Origin: Candidatus Altiarchaeota archaeon
GTDB taxonomy: Archaea; Altiarchaeota; Altiarchaeia; IMC4; SCGC-AAA252-I15
Length of the DNA: 64,000 bases
Assembly (NCBI GenBank): GCA_043800255.1
Contig: JAZDNF010000013.1
Coordinates: 64,001-128,000 of the forward strand
Direction: 5' to 3'
Under the pieces are notes generated by a model, which was not told the DNA's origin, made no database searches, and saw only the letters and a list, made by a program, of their open reading frames with translations. Shown here piece after piece: positions 1 to 9,293 of the stretch (positions are counted from its first letter, which is position 1; every line of letters starts with the position of its first letter). The position numbers and the translations under genes are program-made.

Positions 1-305
1 TGACGGACTCTCCCGATGCTGCGAAGAAGAAGATCATGGGCTCTCAAACGGGGGGGAGGACTACTGTAGAGGAGCAGAAGAGGCTCGGCGGGGAGCCTGA
101 GAAATGTAGGATATATGAGATGTATATGTACCATCTTGTGGAAGACGATGCTAAGCTTAGCAGAATCTACAATGAGTGTAGGAGCGGCAGCATACTCTGC
201 GGCGAATGCAAGACAAGATGCGCCGGCCTGATGGAAAAATTCCTCAACGAGCATCAGATTAGGAGGGAGAAGGCGAAAGCGCAGGCGAAAAATTTTCTGG
301 GATAG
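1..305 (+). CDS. trpS: Tryptophanyl-tRNA synthetase, archaeal type, C-terminal part (gene starts before the window)
   Basis: TGGRTTVEEQKRLGG and ECRSGSILCGECK are typical of the archaeal TrpRS C-terminus. Confidence 0.9.
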   Translation, partial: TDSPDAAKKKIMGSQTGGRTTVEEQKRLGGEPEKCRIYEMYMYHLVEDDAKLSRIYNECRSGSILCGECKTRCAGLMEKFLNEHQIRREKAKAQAKNFLG

Positions 306-306
306 T

Positions 307-1077
307 ATGAAAGTCGGCTTCTATCAGTTCAAGCCTCGGCTGCTTGGCGTAGAACATAACCTGGAGACGGTGTCAAAGGCCCTTAACAGAGTTGAATGCG
401 ACCTTATGGTATTGCCTGAACTGTTCTCCTCAGGATACGACTTCTCTGACAGGGAGGAGCTGGCAGGAGTTGCTGAGGATGTTCCAGGCGGGCCGACAAC
501 CGAGGCCCTGATAAAAATCTCCAAAGAGAACGATATGGCGATTGTCGCAGGCGTCGCGGAGCAGACTAGCAACAGTTTCTACAATTCCGCGGTCGTGGTT
601 GACAAAAAGTTCGTGGGAGTCTACAGGAAGGTGCACCTGTTCGGGACTGAGAAAAGGTTCTTCAAACCTGGAAGCAGGTTCAAGGTCTTCAAGGTTAGGG
701 GCGCGAAGGTTGGTGTCATGGTATGTTTCGACTGGTTTTTCCCTGAGAGCATGAGGACTCTGGCATTGATGGGCGCGGAGATTATAGCGCATCCCGCGAA
801 CCTTGTGATGCCTTACTGTCCTGACGCGATGATAACGCGCTGCCTTGAGAACCGAGTGTATGCTGTGACAGCGGACAGGATTGGAGTGGAAGGAAAACTG
901 AAGTTCATCGGGAAATCGCAGGTCACTGGGCCTGATGGGGGGGTAATATACAGGGCAGGCTCTGATACGACAGAGTGTAAAGTCTTCGAAATCGACCCTG
1001 AGAAGGCAAGAAACAAAAGATTAAACAAGTACAACAATATCATAAGAGACAGGAATCCGAGGGCGTATAGGTTATGA
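307..1077 (+). CDS. Carbon-nitrogen hydrolase (nitrilase family)
   Basis: Glu-Lys-Cys triad motifs LPELF, YRKVHLF, VCFDWFFPE. Confidence 0.9.
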   Translation: MKVGFYQFKPRLLGVEHNLETVSKALNRVECDLMVLPELFSSGYDFSDREELAGVAEDVPGGPTTEALIKISKENDMAIVAGVAEQTSNSFYNSAVVVDKKFVGVYRKVHLFGTEKRFFKPGSRFKVFKVRGAKVGVMVCFDWFFPESMRTLALMGAEIIAHPANLVMPYCPDAMITRCLENRVYAVTADRIGVEGKLKFIGKSQVTGPDGGVIYRAGSDTTECKVFEIDPEKARNKRLNKYNNIIRDRNPRAYRL

Positions 1078-2351
1078 GACTGACAGTCAATCCGGTATCG
1101 AAGCTCAAAGGCATTGTGAAGGCGCCTCCGAGCAAGAGTTATACTATAAGGGCTGTCATCGCAGCGTCGCTCGCCTCAGGCTCGTCCACTATTAGAGACC
1201 CGTTGTATTCTGACGACACGAGAGCGTGCATCGAAGCCTGCAGGCTGATAGGGGCGACGATAGCTGAGGGTAACGCCCTGATTGTGAGAGGGTGCGGTGG
1301 CAGAATAGAGAAGCCTGGGAAGACTATAGACACTATGAACTCGGGCACCAGCATAAGGCTTCTGACTGCTGTCGCAGCATTAAGCTCTGAGAGGATTACA
1401 TTGACAGGCGACAGTTCGATACAGAAGAGGCCTATCGGCCCCCTGCTGGATGCTCTGAAACAGATGGGAGTCAAAACGGAATCGAAGAACGGGTTCCCGC
1501 CTGCGACAGTGCAGGGCCCGATAAGGGGGGGAACGTGCAGGATTAGGGGCGACATCAGCTCGCAGTTCATCTCAGCGTTGCTGATGGCATGCCCTCTGGC
1601 AGAGAAGGATACGGTGATAGAACTGACTTCGCCTTTGAAGTCCAGACCATACGTTGACCTGACGTTGGACATCCTGGAGAGATTCAATGTCAGAGTGGAG
1701 AATGAAGACTACCGGAGATTCATAATAGCTGGAGGCCAGGAGTACAAAGAAACAGAGTATACTGTCGAGGGGGACTACTCTTCGGCTGCGTTCCTGCTGG
1801 CTGCGGCGGCGTTGACGGAATCTGACGTCACAGTAAATAACCTATTCAAAGCCTCAAGGCAGGCTGACAAAAAAATCGTTAATGTGTTAGATGAGATGGG
1901 AGCTGACTTGGAGGTAAAGTCTGAGAGTGTCAGGGTCAAAGGCAATGGAAAACTGCATGGCATCACCGTCGACCTCTCAGATTCCCCTGACCTTGTGCCG
2001 ATACTGGCTGCTGTGGGAGCGCTGGCTGAAGGCAGGACAGTCCTCAAAAACGTTGAGCACGCCAGGTACAAGGAGTGCGACAGGATACATGCGATGACCG
2101 TTGAGCTTAAGAAGATGGGCTCTGACATAGAGGAGAGGAAGGACGGACTCGTCATTAAAGGCAGACCGTTGAAGGCTCCCAAGGACGCATTAGACGGCTG
2201 GCATGACCACAGGATCGTGATGGCGTTGGCTGTCGCAGGCCTGAAGGCGGAGGGCGAAACAAGGATAGGGGATGCAGAGTATGTCAGCGTGACCTTCCCC
2301 AACTTCGTAGAACTGATGCGAAAGCTGGGGGCGCATATGTCTGTCAGATAA
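1074..2351 (+). CDS. aroA: 3-phosphoshikimate 1-carboxyvinyltransferase (EPSP synthase)
   Basis: PPSKS, NSGTSIR, SSQFISALL, RYKECDRI, DHRIVMA motifs. Confidence 0.97.
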   Translation: MRLTVNPVSKLKGIVKAPPSKSYTIRAVIAASLASGSSTIRDPLYSDDTRACIEACRLIGATIAEGNALIVRGCGGRIEKPGKTIDTMNSGTSIRLLTAVAALSSERITLTGDSSIQKRPIGPLLDALKQMGVKTESKNGFPPATVQGPIRGGTCRIRGDISSQFISALLMACPLAEKDTVIELTSPLKSRPYVDLTLDILERFNVRVENEDYRRFIIAGGQEYKETEYTVEGDYSSAAFLLAAAALTESDVTVNNLFKASRQADKKIVNVLDEMGADLEVKSESVRVKGNGKLHGITVDLSDSPDLVPILAAVGALAEGRTVLKNVEHARYKECDRIHAMTVELKKMGSDIEERKDGLVIKGRPLKAPKDALDGWHDHRIVMALAVAGLKAEGETRIGDAEYVSVTFPNFVELMRKLGAHMSVR

Positions 2352-2356
2352 AAAAA

Positions 2357-3226
2357 ATGCTGGGCGAGCAGACTAGGAATACTATCAGGGGGTTTCAGAG
2401 GAACGAGATTACCGAGTATCATATCTACAGGAGGCTTGCGGACTCGATCAAGGATGCCCATAACAGGGAAGTCCTCAAAAGTATTTCAGACGACGAGCTG
2501 AGGCACTATGGCATCTGGAAGAAGTATACTGGAGCGGATGTCAAGCCCAACAGGTTCCAGATTCTGAAGTATTATCTGATTTCAAGAATACTCGGCCTCA
2601 CCTTCGGCGTCAAGCTGATGGAAAAAGGCGAAGAGCAGGCGCAGGCAGTGTATGATAAAATCTCGGCCGAAGTGCCTGAGGCTAAGACGATAAAAACTGA
2701 TGAGGACAAACACGAGCATGAACTCATTAGCATGCTGGACGAGGAAAAGCTCGAGTATGTCGGCTCGATGGTGTTGGGCCTGAATGATGCACTCGTCGAA
2801 TTGACCGGGGCTCTGGCAGGATTCACCTTCGCATTGCAGAATCCGAAGCTGGTGGCTGTGACAGGCCTGATAACTGGGATAGCTGCCTCCTTCTCGATGG
2901 CAGCCTCAGAGTACCTTTCGACAAAATCGGAGGGCGGCCCTAAGAACCCGCTGAAGGCGTCAGTGTACACCGGCACAGCTTATGTGATGACAGTCATCGC
3001 CCTCATACTGCCCTTCCTCCTGCTCAACAACGTATACGTCTCCCTCGGACTGACATTGTTGATAGCGATTGCAGTGATATTCTTCTTCACCTTCTACATC
3101 TCGGTTGCGAAGGACATACCGTTCAAAAGCAGGTTCCTTGAGATGGCTAGCATCAGCCTGGGAGTCGCAACAGTGACGTTCACAATAGGATACCTCATCA
3201 GAGAATTCTGGGGGATAGAGATATAA
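2357..3226 (+). CDS. VIT1/CCC1 family metal transporter with N-terminal ferritin-like (rubrerythrin) domain
   Basis: ExxH motifs (DELRH, DEDKH) followed by VLGLNDALV and SMAASEYLS transmembrane signature. Confidence 0.88.
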   Translation: MLGEQTRNTIRGFQRNEITEYHIYRRLADSIKDAHNREVLKSISDDELRHYGIWKKYTGADVKPNRFQILKYYLISRILGLTFGVKLMEKGEEQAQAVYDKISAEVPEAKTIKTDEDKHEHELISMLDEEKLEYVGSMVLGLNDALVELTGALAGFTFALQNPKLVAVTGLITGIAASFSMAASEYLSTKSEGGPKNPLKASVYTGTAYVMTVIALILPFLLLNNVYVSLGLTLLIAIAVIFFFTFYISVAKDIPFKSRFLEMASISLGVATVTFTIGYLIREFWGIEI

Positions 3227-3250
3227 AACTCTAATCAACGTTGTTTGAAT

Positions 3251-3670
3251 TTATTGAAAAAGGATAATGTAACTGAGAACTAGAAAGAGGAATAGATTTA
3301 GTAAAGGTGTACTAAACCCTTTCTCTTCCCCTAGAGGGCGTAAGAAAAGCATTGATTTCTTTGTTTGTATCCACTCTATCACTCTAAAACAAATAGCAAA
3401 TAATGGGGGTGGCAGTATTACAACGTAATCTAAATTTCTAATTAACCCGACAACAATCAGTATTGTGGTGTAACATAAACTTATACCTATATTTATTATA
3501 TAGTTTCTCTTCGTTGTCTCAACATGCCATACTGCTATTATACCAAAAACGCTAATGTAGATGAATGCGAAAAACCAGATAGAATCTTCGCTTAGTACAT
3601 TAGTCCCGAACAGTACTGTGCCAACAATCAAAAATCCAATTAAGATAAAACCATGGACTTTTTTATCCAT
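3251..3670 (-). CDS. Hypothetical small membrane protein, AT-rich
   Basis: 139-aa ORF with about 5 hydrophobic segments; fills the gap between VIT1 and panD. Confidence 0.6.
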   Translation of the reverse strand: MDKKVHGFILIGFLIVGTVLFGTNVLSEDSIWFFAFIYISVFGIIAVWHVETTKRNYIINIGISLCYTTILIVVGLIRNLDYVVILPPPLFAICFRVIEWIQTKKSMLFLRPLGEEKGFSTPLLNLFLFLVLSYIILFQ

Positions 3671-3727
3671 TTCTCGATCCCCCTATTTACCTATTTGTAA
3701 ATCTGGTGAAAATTATGTGAAGTTGGG

Positions 3728-4078
3728 TCAGTTTTTTATCCTGTTCTTTCCGTCGACGAGGATTACTTTGGGTTTGTGTTTTTTGGCTTCGGATTCGTTG
3801 AGGATGCAGAAGGATAGTATTAGCACCCTGTCGCCGACCTTGTTGAGGAGGGCTGCGGCGCCGTTGGCTCCTATGATGCCTGAGCCTCGTTTGCCTTCTA
3901 TGGCGTAGGTGGTGAACCTTTTGCCGCTTTCCATGTTTCCTACGAGGACCTTCTCATACGGGAGTATCCCGGCAGCTTCCAGTAGGTCGGCGTCGACTGT
4001 TATGCTGCCGGAGTAATCGATGTTGCATTCCGTGATTCTGGCGCCGTGTATCTTCCCCTTGAGCATCTCCACAATCAT
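3728..4078 (-). CDS. panD: Aspartate 1-decarboxylase (pyruvoyl-dependent)
   Basis: KGKIHGARIT, YSG|SITVD self-cleavage site, RFTTYAI, NGAAA. Confidence 0.95.
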   Translation of the reverse strand: MIVEMLKGKIHGARITECNIDYSGSITVDADLLEAAGILPYEKVLVGNMESGKRFTTYAIEGKRGSGIIGANGAAALLNKVGDRVLILSFCILNESEAKKHKPKVILVDGKNRIKN

Positions 4079-4983
4079 ATTCCAACCTCCTCTATGGATT
4101 TTTTCAGAACTCCTGCAGAATGCTCCAGCTTCATCTTCTCGTCGTCAGTCAGGTTATAGTCTGCCTGGGCGATCCCATCACCGCCTGCGGTCACCGGGAC
4201 GCTGATGCAGACTCCATACTCTTTCTGGAAGGTCGAAAGCGGGAGCGTCTTCTTCTGATTCTTGATTATGCACTCCGCAACTTCCGCAACCGCCAGAGTA
4301 GGCGCATAGAATGTGGCGCCCTTCTTCTTTATCACTTCCATTGCAGAATCCTTAACCTTCTTAAAAGCCTCCTCCAGTTTTGCGTCTGTCACGCCCTTCG
4401 CCTCAGACAGTCTCCTGCCGCCGTACCTGGCCAGACTGTAGGCTGGGAACATGCTGTCCCCGTGCTCGCCCAGCACGAACGCAGTTAGTTTTTCAGGCTT
4501 CAGATTGAAGTTAATGCACAGTTCCGACTTCAGGCGCATGGTGTCCAGCATCGTGCCGAGGCCGAAGACTTTCCCCTCATCCAAGCCAGCTCGCTTATAC
4601 GCTAGATACGTCATAACATCAACCGGATTTGAAACTATCAGCAGCATATGATCCTTATTGTGTTTGCCGATTCCTGCCAGCACAGCCTCCATGATTTTTT
4701 TGTTGTTCTTCGCCAGATCCAGTCTCGTCTCACCCGGTTTTCTGGGAATGCCTGCGGTCACTATTACCAGGTCAGAGCCGTCTGTGATACTGTAGTCATC
4801 AGAGCCTGCTATCTCAGTCCTCCCAAGAGAAGAGATACAGTGCCTAAGGTCTATGGCTTCGCCCTCAGCCTTCTCCCTGAAAACGTCGACCAAAGCTAAC
4901 TCATCGCATAATCTCCTCTCCATGAGATGATACGCTGTGAGCGAACCCAATCTGCCAGCCCCAACCACGCTTATCTTAGACAT
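4075..4983 (-). CDS. mdh: Malate dehydrogenase (LDH-like MDH family)
   Basis: VVGAG Rossmann motif, GIPRKPGETRLDL (Arg at the specificity position), SNPVD, GEHGDS. Confidence 0.85.
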   Translation of the reverse strand: MSKISVVGAGRLGSLTAYHLMERRLCDELALVDVFREKAEGEAIDLRHCISSLGRTEIAGSDDYSITDGSDLVIVTAGIPRKPGETRLDLAKNNKKIMEAVLAGIGKHNKDHMLLIVSNPVDVMTYLAYKRAGLDEGKVFGLGTMLDTMRLKSELCINFNLKPEKLTAFVLGEHGDSMFPAYSLARYGGRRLSEAKGVTDAKLEEAFKKVKDSAMEVIKKKGATFYAPTLAVAEVAECIIKNQKKTLPLSTFQKEYGVCISVPVTAGGDGIAQADYNLTDDEKMKLEHSAGVLKKSIEEVGI

Positions 4984-5022
4984 AAAGGGTTATAATTCTG
5001 GCAGACTGTTAATAAATAAAGC

Positions 5023-6276
5023 ATGGAAGTGAAGCTCGGTTATGGTAAAAAGGGCGTTGAACTCTTGATACCTGACGGGAACCTGGAGCTGGTCAGGCCG
5101 AAAGAGGAGATGGGAAGGCCGGCAGCTTATCTGGATGAAGTGCTTGACGGGGGCGACATTCAGAAAATCGTCAAAGGCAGGAGCGTGTGCATTCTCCCAG
5201 AGGACTGCACGAGGGATCTGCCCCATGAGGAGATTGCAGGGTACATTTGCAACAGGATGGAAGGCTCAGGCAAGGTTACAGTAATCTTGGCCACAGGAAC
5301 CCACAGTCCCTCAGATGATGGCAACCGGAGGATAGCAGGATACTACAAGAATCTTCTGAGGGGGATTAAATCCGAGGTTCTCGTCCACGACTGTTTCAAT
5401 TCCAAATTCCGCGGTATTGGAAGGACAACGCATGGCACGGAAGTCCTCGCTAACGAGAAGGTGTTAGGCCATGACGTCTACCTCACATTCTCTGCTATGA
5501 AACCGCACTATTTCGCAGGCTACTCCAACGCTTACAAGAATCTTGTGCCAGGAGTGTGCGCTTACCAGACGGTTGAAGAGAACCATTCTCTGACTATGGA
5601 TGACAGGTCAACATACGGCATGCACCCGTTGAATCCAAATCCTGAGAGGAGGGACAACCCGCTGGCAGAGGACATCCTCGAAGGGTGCAACATGATTCTA
5701 GAGGGTAAGCCGGCGTACTCGCTATCGTTCATCTGCTCCAACAGGAGCATATTCTGGGCTGAATTTGGGAGGATATACGAGGCCACCAGCAGAGGGATTG
5801 CGGAGGTTGATAGGAGGTCTGCTGTCAGAATCAAGCCTGCCGACTATGTCATCGTCTCACCTGGCGGTTCACCCAACGACGAGAGCCTCTATATAGCACA
5901 ACGCGCTCTGGAGCTCACGAAGAAGGCCTACTCTGACGGCGCGGAGCTGCTCTTCCTGGCTGAATGCAAAAAGGGCATGGCACACAACAGGAAGGCTGAG
6001 GAGAACTTCCACCTCCCGCTGAAGGGAGACTTGGAGGAGATACTCTCGATGAGGGAAGAATACAGGCTGTACTCCCATAAGCCTTACAGGTTCGCTCAGC
6101 TTCTGAAAAGATTGGAAGCATTCCACATGCACAGCAGCCTTGACGACAGGACTGTTGAGGGCATACACCTCAAGCCTGCTGGAGACCCTCAAACGGTTGT
6201 AGACTCATGGCTGGAGGAAAATCCAAGAGCCAGGATACTAGTATTCGACAAGGCGAACAGCCTGGCAGTTTACTGA
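5023..6276 (+). CDS. LarA-family (nickel-pincer) 2-hydroxyacid racemase homolog
   Basis: EDCTR, ATGTH, PHYFAGYS..K, SPGGSPND motifs of the LarA superfamily. Confidence 0.8.
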   Translation: MEVKLGYGKKGVELLIPDGNLELVRPKEEMGRPAAYLDEVLDGGDIQKIVKGRSVCILPEDCTRDLPHEEIAGYICNRMEGSGKVTVILATGTHSPSDDGNRRIAGYYKNLLRGIKSEVLVHDCFNSKFRGIGRTTHGTEVLANEKVLGHDVYLTFSAMKPHYFAGYSNAYKNLVPGVCAYQTVEENHSLTMDDRSTYGMHPLNPNPERRDNPLAEDILEGCNMILEGKPAYSLSFICSNRSIFWAEFGRIYEATSRGIAEVDRRSAVRIKPADYVIVSPGGSPNDESLYIAQRALELTKKAYSDGAELLFLAECKKGMAHNRKAEENFHLPLKGDLEEILSMREEYRLYSHKPYRFAQLLKRLEAFHMHSSLDDRTVEGIHLKPAGDPQTVVDSWLEENPRARILVFDKANSLAVY

Positions 6277-6306
6277 TTTTAACGCTGCTTTCTTATAGTT
6301 TACGGT

Positions 6307-7398
6307 ATGAACACGATTGGGAGAATGTTCAGGCTGACGACGTGGGGAGAATCCCACGGAACGTCCGTAGGAGCTGTCGTTGACGGATGCCCCTCAGGCT
6401 TAGCGCTGGCTCTGGAGGACATCCAGATGGAGCTGGACAGGCGGAGGCCGGGGCAGAGCAGCCTGACCACTTCACGAACTGAGGAGGATATTGTGGAGAT
6501 ACATTCGGGGCTATTTGAGGGTAAGACCCTCGGAACTCCGATCATGATGATAGTTCACAACAGGGACGCTGACTCCAGCAAGTACATACCCTTGAAGGAC
6601 ACTCCACGGCCGGGACATGCTGACCTCACATGGAGGGAAAAGTTCGGCCACGTCGACTGGCGCGGCGGTGGCAGGTCATCAGCCAGGGAGACTGTCGGGA
6701 GGGTCGCAGGCGGAGCTGTTGCAAAGAAGCTGCTGAAGACCAAGGACATCGAGGTTATAGCGTTCACCAGGCAGATAGGTTCGATAGTGTCAGAAGAGGA
6801 TGCTGACCTCAAATTGAAGGGATTGCGAGAGCTCGTTGACTCCAACCCTGTGCGGGCGTTGGACATCGAGAAGGCGAAGGAGATGGAAGAGCTCATAGAG
6901 ATCGCCAAAAAACAGAAGGACAGCGTCGGAGGCGTCATAGAGGTTCACGCCGTGAACGTCCCCACAGGCCTCGGAGAGCCTGTCTTCGGGAAGCTGACAT
7001 CAGACCTCGCTGGGGCGTTGGCAAGCATCCCGGCGGTGAAGGGCGTAGAATTCGGCGCAGGTTTCAAATTGGCTGAGATGCGAGGCTCGGAAGCAAACGA
7101 CGAGTTCACAATCGAGGGTAACAGAGTTAGGACGAAAACTAACAACTCTGGAGGAATCCAAGGTGGGATAAGCAACGGGATGCCCATAATCATGAGAGTT
7201 GCTGTGAAGCCTACCTCATCCATGGGGAAGGAGCAGTCCACAGTCAACCTTCAATCGAAGAGGAAGGCGAAGATTAGTGTGGAGGGCAGGCATGACCCCT
7301 GCATCGTGCCAAGGGCAGTCCCAATTGTGGAGGCGATGGTCAGCTTGATAATAGCTGACCACTGCCTCATCGCTGGTTTAATCCCCAGGAGGCTCTAG
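6307..7398 (+). CDS. aroC: Chorismate synthase
   Basis: TWGESHG, RPGHAD, RSSARET, GRHDPC. Confidence 0.97.
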   Translation: MNTIGRMFRLTTWGESHGTSVGAVVDGCPSGLALALEDIQMELDRRRPGQSSLTTSRTEEDIVEIHSGLFEGKTLGTPIMMIVHNRDADSSKYIPLKDTPRPGHADLTWREKFGHVDWRGGGRSSARETVGRVAGGAVAKKLLKTKDIEVIAFTRQIGSIVSEEDADLKLKGLRELVDSNPVRALDIEKAKEMEELIEIAKKQKDSVGGVIEVHAVNVPTGLGEPVFGKLTSDLAGALASIPAVKGVEFGAGFKLAEMRGSEANDEFTIEGNRVRTKTNNSGGIQGGISNGMPIIMRVAVKPTSSMGKEQSTVNLQSKRKAKISVEGRHDPCIVPRAVPIVEAMVSLIIADHCLIAGLIPRRL

Positions 7399-7402
7399 AA
7401 GA

Positions 7403-8752
7403 CTAGAGCTTCTCCAGGTATTTTGTGATCTCCCAGTCTGAGACGTTTGTCCTGTACTCGTCCCACTCCATCCTCTTGGCTGTGAGATAGTTCTCGAAGG
7501 TGTGCTCTCCGAGAGCTTCGCGCACCAGCTTGCTCTTCCTCATCTCGTCAAGAGCCTCGCCGAGAGATGCTGGCAAAGTTTTTATGTACATCTCGTCAAG
7601 CTTCTTGTTGTCGAACTCGTACACGTCCTCCTCCACAGGGTTCGGAGGCTTCAGCTTCCTCTTTATCCCATCCAATCCTGCGTGCAGCATAACAGCGAAC
7701 GCCAAGTAGGGATTGCAGCTCGGGTCAGGACACCTTAGCTCAGCCCTCGTTGACTGCTCCCTGCCGGGACTGTACCTTGGTATCCTAATCAAGGCTGACC
7801 TGTTGATCTTGCCCCAGCATATGTAGACCGGAGCCTCGTATCCTGGGACAAGCCTCTTGTATGAGTTCACCGTCGGGGCCAGCACTGCTGACATCGCCCT
7901 GACGTGCTCAAGCTGGCCTGCTATGAAACCGTATGCCGTCTTCGACAGGTGGTAGGGATCCTTACCATCGAAGAACGCTGTCTTCCCCGTTTTCGTGTCG
8001 AACAGGCTCTGGTGCACGTGCATGCCGCTCCCGTTTATGCCATATATCGGCTTCGGCATGAAAGTCCCGTAGAGGTCGTGCAACTGCGCGATGCTCTTGA
8101 CGGTGTGCTTCAATGTTATCGAGTTGTCAGCGCTGCTCAATGCATCAGAGAACCTGACGTCTATCTCATGCTGACCTGGGGCCACCTCATGGTGGCTCAT
8201 CTCCACGTGCATGCCGAAACTCTCGAGCGCGAATACTATTCCCCGCCTAACGTCTGATGCCATGTCCCTCGCAGAGTAGTCGAAATATCCCCCAACATCG
8301 TGGGGCACTGGGCTGATTTTGCCGTTGTCTGTCTTGAAGAGGAAGAACTCCAACTCAGGGCCGGTATTAAACTGGTATCCCATCTTCTCAGCCTTCTCAA
8401 TCGCCCTTTTGAGTATGTATCTCGGATCGCCTTCGAACGGTTTTCCGTCAGGCCTGTAGACGTCTGCAAAAAACCTTGCAACTTTCTTCTCCTGCGGCTC
8501 CCATGGGAGTATCGCATACGTCGCAGGGTCTGGTTTGAGTATCATGTCAGACTCGTGTATCCTTGCGAACCCCTCTATCGAGGAGCCGTCAAACCACGTT
8601 CCATCGTCCAAGCTTGTCTCAAGATGCTCCACAGTTATGGTGACGCTCTTTATCGCACCCTGTATGTCAGTAAACTGCAGGTTGGCGAATTTCACGTCAT
8701 CCTCCTTCACCTTCTCCAAAACCTTTCCCTTCAATTCATCCAATCTAGTCAT
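7403..8752 (-). CDS. glnA: Glutamine synthetase type I
   Basis: FDGSSIEGF, HHEVAPGQHEI, NGSGMHVHQS, NSYKRLVPGYEAP. Confidence 0.98.
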   Translation of the reverse strand: MTRLDELKGKVLEKVKEDDVKFANLQFTDIQGAIKSVTITVEHLETSLDDGTWFDGSSIEGFARIHESDMILKPDPATYAILPWEPQEKKVARFFADVYRPDGKPFEGDPRYILKRAIEKAEKMGYQFNTGPELEFFLFKTDNGKISPVPHDVGGYFDYSARDMASDVRRGIVFALESFGMHVEMSHHEVAPGQHEIDVRFSDALSSADNSITLKHTVKSIAQLHDLYGTFMPKPIYGINGSGMHVHQSLFDTKTGKTAFFDGKDPYHLSKTAYGFIAGQLEHVRAMSAVLAPTVNSYKRLVPGYEAPVYICWGKINRSALIRIPRYSPGREQSTRAELRCPDPSCNPYLAFAVMLHAGLDGIKRKLKPPNPVEEDVYEFDNKKLDEMYIKTLPASLGEALDEMRKSKLVREALGEHTFENYLTAKRMEWDEYRTNVSDWEITKYLEKL

Positions 8753-8789
8753 TCATATCACCAAAGTTCATACATATTTTAATTAGTAC

Positions 8790-8818
8790 TTAAAAACTTG
8801 TTGAAAAGTTCACTTTTC
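8790..8818 (-). promoter_or_regulatory. Putative glnA promoter: TTTTTAA TATA-like box with an upstream GAAAAG-N4-CTTTTC inverted repeat
   Basis: Perfect 6-4-6 inverted repeat at 8803-8818; TATA-like element about 38 bp before the glnA start. Confidence 0.4.
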
Positions 8819-8909
8819 TCCCTCTTTTTTGCCCTCTTTTCCATTTTTTTCCTTGTTTTTTCAGGCCACGCCTGAGGCCAAACCCGCAATATCTCGTTCA
8901 TTCTCGAAT

Positions 8910-9281
8910 TCACCTCCTACCTGATGCAAATTTGCTGTATCCTCCAACAGCATCCGCTCCCTTCTCGCCGGTCCTAATTCTGATGCACTCCTCAAGCGGC
9001 AGGATGAAAATCTTGCCGTCGCCGATGTCGCCAGTCTTCGCGCCCTTCATTATAGCCTTTACCGTCGGTTCAACGAAGTCGTCGTTTACCGCAAGCTCTA
9101 TCCTGATCTTCGGGAGCAGGTTGACCTCATACTTGGTCCCCCTGAGGATTTCCGTGAAGCCGCCCTGCTCTCCGCAGCCCCTCGACCGGCTTACTGACAT
9201 CCTGAAAACCTCTGCCTTGTAGAGTTCCCTCTTGACTTCCTTGAAACGTTCTGGTTTGACGTACGCTATTATAAATTTCAT
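8910..9281 (-). CDS. glnK: P-II nitrogen regulatory protein
   Basis: T-loop RGTKYEVNLLPK, TGDIGDGKIF, RIRTGE; directly downstream of amt. Confidence 0.95.
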   Translation of the reverse strand: MKFIIAYVKPERFKEVKRELYKAEVFRMSVSRSRGCGEQGGFTEILRGTKYEVNLLPKIRIELAVNDDFVEPTVKAIMKGAKTGDIGDGKIFILPLEECIRIRTGEKGADAVGGYSKFASGRR

Positions 9282-9293
9282 GCTTTGTCTCCG

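Noticed and set aside
8813-8880. Pyrimidine tracts and a TCAGG/CCTGA hairpin between glnK and glnA as an ncRNA or riboswitch
   Set aside because: The T-tracts are on the non-coding strand for these genes and the stem is short; there is no recognisable family.
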